Of a stretch of 64,000 bases of DNA, positions 1-10,759 are shown in pieces (position 1 is the first letter of the stretch; each line of letters opens with the position of its first letter). The position numbers were made by a program, and so were the translations under genes. Source of the stretch: Chiloscyllium plagiosum (lineage: Eukaryota); NCBI RefSeq assembly GCF_004010195.1, contig NC_057749.1, positions 20,570,095-20,634,094 of the forward strand. The letters run 5' to 3'. The notes below the pieces were generated by a model. The model saw only the letters and a program-made list of their open reading frames with translations. It made no database searches and was not told the DNA's origin.

Positions 1-359
1 TCAATACATCTCTCACCCGAATTAGTAATAAAAAACCTGGAGTATTAAAGAATTTTTCATGAACAGCCCCTTTGCATCTTGTAGGAGCAAATTATTGTAG
101 ATGCTGGAATCTGTACTAAAAACAACAAATGCTGGAGAGCACAGTGAGTTAGGCAACATCCATGCAATCTTTTACCCCTAATCTCAAGTAACTCTTTGAT
201 GTTTAGTCACTATCCTAAGGCAGGAGAACCGCCAGTCATTATTGAGCATAGCAAGCTCCCTCCAGCAACAACGTGCTGAATCTTTATTTGTGATGCTGAC
301 TGAGTATAATACCGGACTGGACACTATGGGTAACACCAGGCAGAGTATATAAACAGAGT

Positions 360-455
360 CAAGAACAAAAACTGCCGGAGAATCTCAGCAGATCTGGTAG
401 CATCTATGGAGAGAGATCAGAGTTAATGTTTCAGGTCCAGTAACTCTTCCTCAAG
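360..455 (-). mobile_element. Old, degenerate PLE terminal-repeat remnant
   Basis: Minus strand TGAGGAAGAGTTACTGGACCTGAAACATTAACTC is a decayed hammerhead-like core followed by ATGCTACCAGATCTGCTGAGATTCTCCGGCAG, like family A. Similar remnants at about 85-165, 625-715, 29480-29597 and 31350-31390. Confidence 0.5.
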
Positions 456-888
456 AGAGAGTACAGAATGTTCTGTTTTTGGAAGGACATCAAATTGTTA
501 GTGACTTTCACAACCCCCTTTGCTGATCCATTTGTTTAATTCAATTTTGTGCCTTGAATATGGATTTCAGTTGAAATGACCTGCTGTTTCCTTCTGTAAC
601 CAATCGGTATCTCAATATTTTATCAAAAAGAAACACACATAATCTGAAATGAAAGCAGAAAATGCTGGATAGACAATGCAGGTCCAGACCACATCTGAGC
701 AGAGAGGGAACAAGTTGTAGAGTTTGCCTGTTGCTGCTGTACTGAGGGATCTGGGTGCACGTGAATCACAAACGTTAGTATGTGCATACAGCAAGTAATC
801 AGGAAGGCAAAGGGAGTCTTTATTGCAGGCGGGGGGGTGTAGTATTAAAGTCGGGAATTCTGGCTCTGGTAAGATCGCAGCTAGATTA

Positions 889-1233
889 ATAGAATCCCTA
901 CAGTGTGGAAACAGGCCCTTCGGCCCAACAAGTTCACACCAACCCTCCGAAGAGTCTCCCATACAGACCCATTCCCCTACCCTATTATCATATATTTACC
1001 CCTGACTAATGCACCTAACCTACACATCCTTGAACAGTATGGGCAATTTAGCGTGGCCAATTCACCTAACCTGCAAATCTTTGGATTGTGGGAGGAAACC
1101 AGAGCACCCGGAGGAAACCCACGCAGACACGCGGAGAACGTGCAAACTCCACACGGTTGCCCGAGGCTGGAATCAAACCCGGGTCCCCTGACACTGTGAG
1201 GCAGCAGTGCTAACCACTGAGCCACCGTGCCAC
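889..1233 (-). mobile_element. HE1-type V-SINE
   Basis: tRNA-like head GGCACGGTGGCTCAGTGGTTAGCACTGCTGCCTCACAG...GGGTTTGATTCC, central V-domain GTGGAGTTTGCACGTTCTCC...CCTCCCAC, and LINE-like tail GGGCCGAAGGGCCTGTTTCCACACTGTAGGGATTCTA. Confidence 0.9.
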
Positions 1234-1465
1234 CCCTGTTGTGTCCTGTTCTGGTCTCCTTACTTAAGGAGACAGGTACATCCATAGAAAGCAGCTCAGA
1301 GAAGTTTCAAGAGATGGTTTCAGATTGGGCTTGTATTTACTGGTTTAGAAGAATGAGAGGTGATCTCTTTGGAATTATGTAAGATTCTGAGGACAATTAA
1401 CAGATTGGAAGCTTAGAGGATGGTTGCTTCTTGTCTGGGGGAGTCTGGAATTGTTCAAAAATAAT

Positions 1466-1834
1466 TTAGATTAGATTAGATTAGATTAGATTAGATTAGA
1501 TTAGATTACTTACAGTGTGGAAACAGGCCCTTCGGCCCAACAAGTCCACACCGACCCGCCGAAGCGTATACCACCCAGACCCATACTCCTACATTTACCC
1601 CTTCACCTAACACTGCAGACAATTTAGCATGGTCAATTCACCTAACCCGCACATTTTTGGATTGTGGGAGGAAACCGGAGCACCCGGAGGAAACCCACGC
1701 AGACACAGGGAGAATGTGCAAACTCCACACAGAGAGTCGCCTGAGGCGGGAATTGAACCCGGGTCTCTGGCGCTGTGAGGCAGCAGTGCTAACCACTGTG
1801 CCACCGTGCTGCCCACTGTGCCACCGTGCTGCCC
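1466..1834 (-). mobile_element. HE1-type V-SINE with (TCTAA)n tail and duplicated 5' end
   Basis: Same architecture as above; (TTAGA)n at 1466-1505 and a 20 bp tandem duplication at 1793-1832. Confidence 0.9.
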
Positions 1835-2169
1835 ACGACTCAATGGACTCAATGACTCATTTAAGACAGAGCTGAGGCCAGTTTTTCCTTTAGTCTGTGG
1901 AGTTCCCTCTCCCCGAGGACAGGAGAGGCCATCATTGAACTTATTCGAAGCTGAGTTTGATGGTCTATAATTGACACGAGAATCAATGGTTAAGAGGGGT
2001 GGCAGGCAGGAAAGTGGGACTGACAGCACAACCAGGTCAGCCATGATCTTATTGACAAAGGGCCAAAAGGTCCATTGCTGCTCCTAATTCCTAACATCAT
2101 CTACTTTTAAGGTTCATCAGCCACGGTCGGGTGAGGGGTCGAGGTGGGGTGGTGTTGACCGGTGATATC

Positions 2170-2740
2170 AATTCCATTTTCCTGCCTTTTCCCTATAACC
2201 TCTGATTCCCTTACTGATTAAATACTTGAATATACTGAATGGCCCGGCCTCGACAGGCCTCTGGATTAAAGAATTCCACAGATTCACTCTCATCTGAGAG
2301 AAGAAATTCCTTCCCATTGCTGTATTAAGACCATAAGACCATAAGACATAGGAGTGGAAGTAAGGCCATTCGGCCCATCGAGTCCACTCCGCCATTCAAT
2401 CATGGCTGATGCGCATTTGGGTGACTACCTATTCTAAGGTGATGCCATCTGGTCCTAGACACTTGCCCAAGAACAAAGAGCCTTTCCACATCAACCTAAG
2501 AATCTAGTGTGTTTTAATAAGGTCACCTGTCATTCTTCTAAACTCCATTGAGTACAGACCCAAATTACTTAACTTCTCCTCATAAGACAGTCCCTGCTTA
2601 CTCGGGATCAATTGGGTGAACTTTCTCCTGACCGTTTCTAACGCTGGTACATCATTCCTTCAGTAAGGGGACAAAACTGCTCATAGTACATGGCCTGACC
2701 AGTGTCTTGTCTAGATTTAGCAAAACCTCCCTCCTTCTGT
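2170..2740 (-). mobile_element. Degenerate CR1 LINE 3' region containing a younger CR1 tail fragment (about 2330-2415)
   Basis: Remnant translation GRNFFSQ..VNLWNSL..RPVEAG of the CR1 ORF2 C-terminus, plus a CR1 3' UTR. Confidence 0.65.
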
Positions 2741-3639
2741 ATCACAGATCAGATTGTCTAACAGCTTTCGGAGGTGAAATGGAGGCTTGAGTGAGAGGCA
2801 AGACCCCTGTCTCCCGCCAATGAACCCTTCCTCAGAGAACTGAGTGGGGGTGGGCCAGCTGGAGGGAGCAGGAATGTATTCCCCGCTGAATCTTCAGGGA
2901 CTGAAGACCCCACCCTCCGAGAGACCCTCACCCAGGAGGTGCTGGGATTTCTTTCCTTGGGTTTGGAGCTCACAGTCCATTTTCCGTCAAGATCCTGACT
3001 TCTCGCTTCATTGGAATGTGATCAATAATGCGCCTCTTAGCAAAATGTCATTGTGTTTGGTGAAGACTCTTCATTACCTGAATGATGATTTATAAATGAA
3101 CGACTGATGATTTATTATCACTTGTACTCTACAATAAGCAACACAGTAAGATACAGTGAAGAGCTTCAACCATCACCACAATCTGACACCATTTGAATAT
3201 TTTAAGAAAAAAAAGATAAAGCTGAAAGAAAGTCCATCTTTGTTCTGCATCTCCACCATGAGTCCTGAGCTGGCTGACCAATGACACCTGCATCACCATC
3301 ACTTTATCTCCAGCTCAAGGTTTGGATTTAAAATGATTAGCAAACGAAGCAAGATTGATGTGAGGGCAAACTTTTCACTCAGTGAGGAGTTAGGCTAATA
3401 AATACACTGCCTGGAAATGTGGTGGCGGCAAATTCAAGAGAGGCATTGGACAATTGGAGACTAGGCTGGTGTAGTAACTTGCGATTTCTTTTTGGTGGGT
3501 GTCTGCATTGGTGAGGTCTAGTGAGTGCTCAGAGTGGCAAGGGCATTGGTGGGGGTGAGATGGTGCTGAAGAGCAGGCAACTTTCTTCCACCAGCGAAGG
3601 GGACTTATGCCTGTCCATGGGCCCATGACCGAGCACTGA

Positions 3640-6048
3640 ACAAGATGGACTAGCCATTTGGATACAGAACTGGCTCAAAGGTAGAAGACAGACGGTGATG
3701 GTGGAGGGTTGTTTTTCAGACTGGAGGCCTATGACCAGTGGAGTGCCACAAGGATCGGTGCTGGGTCCTCTACTTTTTGTCATTTATATAAATGCTTTGG
3801 ATGCGAACATAAGAGGTACAGTTACTAAGTTTGCAGATGACACCAAAATTGGAGGTGTAGTGGACAGCGAAGAGGGTTACCTCAGATTACAACAGGATCT
3901 TGACCAGATGGGCCAATGGGCTGAGAAGTGGCAGATGGAGTTGAGAGAACATAGAACATTACAGCACAGAACAGGCCCTTCAGCCCACGATGTTGTGCCG
4001 ACCATTGATCCTCATGTGAGGTAAACCTAATGNNNNNNNNNNNNNNNNNNNNNNNNNNNNNNNNNNNNNNNNNNNNNNNNNNNNNNNNNNNNNNNNNNNN
4101 NNNNNNNNNNNNNNNNNNNNNNNNNNNNNNNNNNNNNNNNNNNNNNNNNNNNNNNNNNNNNNNNNNNNNNNNNNNNNNNNNNNNNNNNNNNNNNNNNNNN
4201 NNNNNNNNNNNNNNNNNNNNNNNNNNNNNNNNNNNNNNNNNNNNNNNNNNNNNNNNNNNNNNNNNNNNNNNNNNNNNNNNNNNNNNNNNNNNNNNNNNNN
4301 NNNNNNNNNNNNNNNNNNNNNNNNNNNNNNNNNNNNNNNNNNNNNNNNNNNNNNNNNNNNNNNNNNNNNNNNNNNNNNNNNNNNNNNNNNNNNNNNNNNN
4401 NNNNNNNNNNNNNNNNNNNNNNNNNNNNNNNNNNNNNNNNNNNNNNNNNNNNNNNNNNNNNNNNNNNNNNNNNNNNNNNNNNNNNNNNNNNNNNNNNNNN
4501 NNNNNNNNNNNNNNNNNNNNNNNNNNNNNNNNGAGGCCAAGGACAGAGCCCTGTGGAACACCACTCACCACAGACTTCCAGGCAGAATACTTTCCTTCCA
4601 CTGCTACTCGTTGTCTTCTGTTGGCCAGCCAATTCTGTATCCAGACAGCTATGTTCCCCTGAATCCCATTCCTCCTGACCTTCTGAATGAGCCTACCATG
4701 GGGAACCTTATCAAATGCCTTGCTGAAGTCCATATACACNNNNNNNNNNNNNNNNNNNNNNNNNNNNNNNNNNNNNNNNNNNNNNNNNNNNNNNNNNNNN
4801 NNNNNNNNNNNNNNNNNNNNNNNNNNNNNNNNNNNNNNNNNNNNNNNNNNNNNNNNNNNNNNNNNNNNNNNNNNNNNNNNNNNNNNNNNNNNNNNNNNNN
4901 NNNNNNNNNNNNNNNNNNNNNNNNNNNNNNNNNNNNNNNNNNNNNNNNNNNNNNNNNNNNNNNNNNNNNNNNNNNNNNNNNNNNNNNNNNNNNNNNNNNN
5001 NNNNNNNNNNNNNNNNNNNNNNNNNNNNNNNNNNNNNNNNNNNNNNNNNNNNNNNNNNNNNNNNNNNNNNNNNNTGCTTACCTGCTCCTCAATGGTTTCA
5101 TTCACTACAAGGTCCTTTTCTTTAGTAAAGACAGAAGCAAAAAACTCATCTAGGGCTTCCCCTACCTCCTCAGACTCTATACACAAGTTCCCTATGCTAT
5201 CCCTGATTGGCCCTACTCTTTCTTTGATCATTCTCTTATTCCTCACATACGTGTAAAATGTATCATACGTTTAATTCAGATAAATGAGAAGTGCTGCATT
5301 TTGGGAAAGCAAATCTTAGCAGGACTTATACACTTAATGGTAAGGTCCTAGGGAGTGTTGCTGAACAAAGAGACCTTGGAGTGCAGGTTCATAGCTCCTT
5401 GAAAGTGGAGGATAGTGAAGAAGGTGTTTGGTATGCTTTCCTTTATTGGTCAGAGTATTGAGTACAGGAGTTGGGAGGTCACGTTGCGGCCCGACAGGAC
5501 ATTGTTTAGGCCACTGTTGGAATATTCTGGTCTCCTTCCTTCCGAAACGATGTTGCGAAACTTGAAAGGGTTCAGAAAAGATTTACAAGTATGTTGCCAG
5601 GATTGGAGGATTTGAGCTACAGGGAGAGGCTGAACAGGCTGGGGCTGTTTTCCCTGGAGCATCTGAGGCTGAGGGGTGATCTTATAGATGTTTTCAAAAT
5701 TATGAGGGGCCTGGATAGGGTAAATAGGCAAAGTTTTTTCCCTGGGGTCGGGGAGTCCAGAACTAGAGGGCATAGTTTAGGGTGAGAGGGGAAAGATATA
5801 AAAGAGACCTTGGGGCAACCTTTTCTCCCAGAGGGTGGTACGGGTATGGAATGAGCTGCCAGAGGAAGTGATGGAGGCTGGTGCAATTGCAACATTTAAG
5901 AGGCATTTGGATGGGTATATGAATAGGAAGTGTTTGGAGGGATATGGGCTGAGTGCTGGCAGGTGGGACTAGATTGAGTTGGGATATCTGGTCGGCATAG
6001 ACGGGTTGGACTAAAGGTCTGTTTCCATGCGATACATCTCTATGACTC
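3640..6048 (+). mobile_element. HER1/CR1 LINE 3' part, interrupted by another CR1 at about 3943-5258
   Basis: RT motifs SGVPQGSVLGPLLFVIYIN and KFADDTK up to WQME at 3940, resuming at about 5269 (FNSDK). Ends in CTGTTTCCATGC...TCTATGACTCT. Confidence 0.9.
3943..5258 (-). mobile_element. Nested CR1 LINE fragment (mostly assembly gaps)
   Basis: VYMDFSKAFDKVPHGRL and SGVPQGSVLG motifs, with a 3' tail ...GTAATGTTCTATGTTCT. N runs at 4033-4532 and 4740-5074. Confidence 0.8.
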
Positions 6049-6505
6049 TAAGTGCATGGTGGCTCAGTGGTTAGCACTGCTGCCTCACAGCACCAGGGAC
6101 CCGGGTTCGATTCCAGCTTTGGGTAACTGTCGGTGTGGAGTTTGCACATTCTCCATGTGATTGCGTGGGTTTGCTCTGGTTTCCTCCCACTGTCCAAAGA
6201 TGTGCAGGTGAATTGCCCATTGTGTTCAGGGATGTGTGGGTTAGGTGCATTAATCAGGGAGTAATGTAGAGTAATAATGTAGGGGAATAGGTCTGGGTGG
6301 GATACTCTTTGGTGTGGACTTAACATAGAACAGTACAGGCCCTTCGGCCCTCAATGTTGCACCGTCCTGTCATACTAATCTGAAGCCCATCCCACCTACA
6401 CTACTCCATGTACGTCCATAGGCCTGTCCAATGATGACTTAAATGCACTTAAACTTGGCGAATCTACTACCGTTGCAGGCAAAGCATTCCATACCCTTAC
6501 TACTC

Positions 6506-6742
6506 AGGCGATTGACTGTGTGGAGTTTGCACATTCTCCCCGTGTCTGCGTGGGTTTCCTCCGGGTGCTCCGGTTTCCTCCCACAATCCAAACATGTGCA
6601 GGTCAGGTGACTTGGCCATGCTAAATTGCCCGTAGTGTTAGGTATGGGGTAAATGTAGGGGTATGGGTGGGTTGCGCTTCAGCGGGTCGGTGTGGACTTG
6701 TTGGGCCGAAGGGCCTGTTTCCACACTGTAATCTAATCTAAT
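6506..6742 (+). mobile_element. 5'-truncated V-SINE nested in CR1
   Basis: V-domain plus (ATCTA)n tail; TSD CTACTC at 6500-6505 and 6743-6748. Confidence 0.85.
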
Positions 6743-6873
6743 CTACTCTCTGAGTAAAGAAACTACCTCTGACATCTGTCTTATACCTATCTCCCCTCAC
6801 TTTAAAGTTGTTTCCGGAACTCAATCCCTCTATTAATAAAGGCCAAAACACTGTATGCCTTCTTAACAACCCT

Positions 6874-6964
6874 TCCTGAAGAAGGGCTTATGCCTGAAAC
6901 GTCGATTCTCCTGTTCCCTGGATGCTGCCTGACCTGCTGCGCTTTTCCAGCAACACATTTCCAG
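6874..6964 (+). mobile_element. 91 bp solo PLE family A terminal-repeat fragment with hammerhead motif
   Basis: 14 bp TSD TTCTTAACAACCCT at 6860-6873 and 6965-6978. Core CTGAAGA-A-GGGC-TTAT-GCCT-GAAACGTC. Confidence 0.82.
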
Positions 6965-8269
6965 TTCTTAACAACCCTGCCAATCTGGGTGGCAACTTTC
7001 AGGGATCTGGGTACATGGAAACCGAGATCTCTCTGCTCATCTGCAAGCTCAAGAATCTTTGCATTAGCTCAGTACTTTGCATTCCGATTACTCTGTCCAA
7101 AGTGTATCACCTCACACTTGTCCACATTAAACTCCATTTGCCACCTCTCAGTCCAGCTCTGCATCCTATTGACTTGTTGGGCCGAATGACCTGTTTCCAC
7201 ACTGTAGAGATTCTGTGGAATATCAAGCAACCTGTGCTAAGAAACTCAGATCATAACACCTAATTTTAAATCTCATTCTGCAACTGGACAGGGATGTATA
7301 TGTTAGGTGTATTAGTCAGGGGGAAATGTAGAGTAGGGAATGGATCTGGGTGGGATACTCTTTGGAGGGTCAGAGTGGACTTGTTGGGCCAAATGGCCTG
7401 TTTCCACTCTGTAGGGATTCTAAAAAAATGATTAATTGGTTAAAACTACCATGTAAGGGGAAGGGCAACAGAAGGGGATTATCACCAGGTAGTGATGACT
7501 ATTCAGTGAATGGCTTCCTGCTGCACCATTACACCTCTGTCTTCTGTGGATTTACAAGTTGAGACTGAACTTGTTTGGCGGCTAAATGAATGCACCAGCT
7601 TTGGATATCACAGTCTCAAGTGAGAGCTTGAGGCTCGGAGGTAGGGATGGTATCGACTGGGCAATGAGTCTTTCCTTTTCCACATATAATCCTCTGTTCA
7701 CACAGAAAACAAGCGCTGGATTTAGAAATGACACATGGGAGGTGACAAATGGGGATATATTTCTCAACAAGGATCGGGAATCATTATCTCCCTGCAGGAA
7801 TTATGTACTTTAGCATTTTCTGATAACGTTGAAACCCAACGTCATTCTGACTTATGAAACAAAGAATAATTCCAGCTGGAAGGGGTTGGGTCAGTTTCAG
7901 CCACTTAAGGGTTAAATTTCCAGTCATTTTGTAAAAGCAAACAGGAACCAATGAATGTAAAACCTAATCTAAATCTAAAAAAAAATGTGCCGTGGCAGAT
8001 TCAGAGTGCAGGGTTATCAGTAAGGGTGCACTGAATCGTGGCAAAAGTAAACCAGTCAGACAATGGCTGTGAAAACCTTGGGAGACCAGCAGAGAATGTA
8101 ACACACTTGGGACAAAGAAACGATGGCATTGTTATCGGTGTGTTGTAATGTTTTGTTCGGAAGTGTCTGTAACCCACCAGAATCGCTTTTACACTTCAGT
8201 GATCTGACTGGGTCTCCTGGCATATACTTAGAAATAAATGATTGATTATTGATTCTTCTTTCTTATCAA

Positions 8270-9070
8270 GTTTTTACAGAACCTTGCAGTACTGTGTGAA
8301 GCCCTGGTCAGCACACTATAGGAAGGATGTGATTGCATTGGAAGGGGTGCAGAGGAGATTCACCAGGATGTTGTCCGGGATGGTGCACTCTAGCTCAGGA
8401 GAGAGTTTGGATAAACTCAGGCTGTTTTCTTTGGAGCAGAGAGGGTTTAGGGGGTCACGTAATAGAGGTGGACAAGAAAATGATAGGGAATGGATAGGGT
8501 GAACAGAAAGCAGCCCCCTTAGTTGAAGGATCGATAATAAGGTGGTGGGAGGGGGTGGGCATAATTTTATGGTGAAAGTCAGGAGGTTGAGAGAGGATTT
8601 GAGGAAATTTACTGTCACCCAGAGGGTGGTGGTACTGCCTGGGAGGTAAACAAGTGGGAAACCTCACAACCTTTAAAAACTACTTGGAAGAGCAGCTGAA
8701 ATGTCATAATATGCTCAGTGGTTAGCACTGCTGCCTCACAGCGGCAGGGATGTGGGTTCGATTCCAGCCTCGGGGGACTGTCTGTGTGGGTTTCCTCCAG
8801 GTGCTCCGGTTTCCTCCCACAGTCTAAAGGTGTGCAGGTCAGGTGAATTAGTCATGCTAAATTTCCCGTAGAGTTAGGTGCATTAGTTAGGGGGAATGGG
8901 TCTGGGTGGGTTACTCTTCGGAGGGTTGGTGTGGACTAGTTGGGCTGAACAGCCTGCTTCCACACTGTAGGGAATTATTCCAGGCTTTGGGCCAAATGTG
9001 GGTTAGTGAGATTGTGTAGATTTAGTGTAGCTTTGGCAGTACAGACTCAAAGGGCTGAAGAGCCTCTTTT
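8270..9070 (+). mobile_element. Degenerate CR1 3' region containing a V-SINE (about 8713-8975)
   Basis: LQYCVKPWSAHYRKDVIALEGVQRRFTRML remnant; SINE head GCTCAGTGGTTAGCACTGCTGCCTCACAG. Confidence 0.75.
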
Positions 9071-10759
9071 GGACCCTAAGACTTAAATTTGAGACTAAAA
9101 TATTTGTAAGATCTTAATTTATTTTTAATCTTTGGAATAACTCCTTCCGGAGGCCTCAGCGGTGCAGCCGACATTTATTCCTAATTTGAGTTCCTGAGGG
9201 TGGGACTGAGCCTGACCCTTGAATCGTTAAAACAGCAGAATCCAAGCGAACAGCTGGCTTGGGACTGGAGTCACATAGAGGCTCAGAAGGGGTCAGGATT
9301 GTGGGTCTTTTTCCTCAAAAGATATCAGTTAACGTGTTGGGGTTATTTTTTAAAAGATTTCATTGCTTTCTTTGGTCACTTTCCATTTTGAGGTGTCCCT
9401 TTCTCTGGAAATTGAATCTTTTCGTCAATTTCTGAAATGGGAAAGATTATAACGAACCTATCTGATAACCCCAAGCCCCTAATGTTCTCTGGGTCAAAAT
9501 CTACTCTTGGCAGCTATGTTTTACCTATGAACAAGGGGACACAAACGTTCAGGCCCTGAATGAAATATTTTTTGCGGCTATGCAGAGAAGGGAGATAGAA
9601 AGGGCTGAATCTCTGGTCAGTTTTCCAATCTTCTGTGGATACATACAGGAACGATGCTGGCAGTGGGAGAGAGTCTAGAACCAGGATAGATAGTCTCTGA
9701 ATAAGGGATGGGTCATTTAGCACTGAGTTGAGGAGGAATTTCTTCACTGAGAGGATGAATCTTTGAAATTCTCTGTCGCAGTGACTGTGGAAGCTCAGTC
9801 TTTGAGTCTGTTCAAGTCTGAGATCTATAGATTTCTACAGATTAGAAATACCAAGGGACACGGAAATACTGCAGAGAAATCTGCAAGGAACTCACTCCCT
9901 CAGGGCATTGTGGTTCTATCTACAGCACGTGGACTGCAGCGATTCAAGAAGGCAGCCCACCACCTTCTTCTCAAGGGCAAATAGGGATGGGCAATAGATG
10001 CTGGTTCAGCCAGTGACACTCACATCCCATGATGAGAGAACTTTAATCAGGTTAACGTATGTCAAGTTGGACCACAACTCTGGAGTAAAACGACATAGGG
10101 AACCAATAGGACATAGAGACAAACTGCTAAGGAGAGCTTTTGGTGCAATGGGTAGTGTCCCTGCCTCTGAGCCTGAAACTCTAGGTCCAAGTCCCAAGTC
10201 TTAGCCAAAGATGGTGTGAACTCTTGAGGTTAAATTCCCCCCAAGCCATTCACCATCCTGACTTGGCAAATATATTGCTGTTGCTTCACTGTTACTCGTG
10301 TGTCACTGGAGTCACAGGATTCTGGAACACCAAGACTCCGAAATGGGAGAAATCACAACAGCAATGTTGTCCAAAAGCCCAGCAGTGAAAGTTTATGAGG
10401 GAAGCTTTGGATAATGGAGAGCATCTCAGTGTCTGTGTCAGCTGGGTGAGCAACTCTGAACAGTGCTCTTTAAATTGATTTAAATGTTCAGGAGACAGTG
10501 CACAGAAGAGTAACGAGAATAATAAGCGTTAGAGGCATTTGAGACAAGTCTTTAATCTTTACAGACAAGGAGGTTAAAAAGGTACATTATGTATTAAAAA
10601 ACACTGATGAGGTGAACACAGATCCAGAGTTTTAAGGTGGGCCAGTCAAATGGACCAAAACATGAAGGTGAGTAAAGAATTTAGAGTGCAGCATCTGGCG
10701 GGAGACAAGCCAGGCTGAGAATTTGGAAGAAACAAAGAGAGTGGTGAGGCACAGAAGGT

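Larger units (their letters stand above)
6322..7170 (-). mobile_element. CR1 3' fragment inserted into the V-SINE
   Basis: 3' tail ACATAGAACAGTACAGGCCCTTCGGCCC and ORF2 C-terminal remnants; interrupted by a SINE and a PLE repeat. Confidence 0.8.
6054..7214 (+). mobile_element. V-SINE split by nested insertions (halves 6054-6321 and 7171-7214)
   Basis: Head and V-domain run to GGTGTGGACTT; the tail resumes GACTTGTTGGGCCGAATGACCTGTTTCCACACTGTAG. GACTT is duplicated. Confidence 0.85.

Noticed and set aside
889..1233. tRNA-like sequence (A and B boxes) repeated many times in the window
   Set aside because: These are SINE heads continuous with a V-domain and LINE tail, not tRNA genes. The recurring ORFs such as DCGRKPEHPEETHAD and VAQWLALLPHS are SINE translations.
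2756..3010. GC-richer stretch with short ORFs
   Set aside because: No recognisable domain or splice pattern; possibly an unclassified repeat remnant.
3882..5256. Long ORFs (up to 454 aa) in the ORF track
   Set aside because: They read through N gaps; the real residues are CR1 ORF2 fragments.
7582..7813. Overlapping open frames on both strands in unique sequence, with an acceptor-like CCTGCAG on the minus strand
   Set aside because: No recognisable protein motif and no partner exon; the length is compatible with chance.
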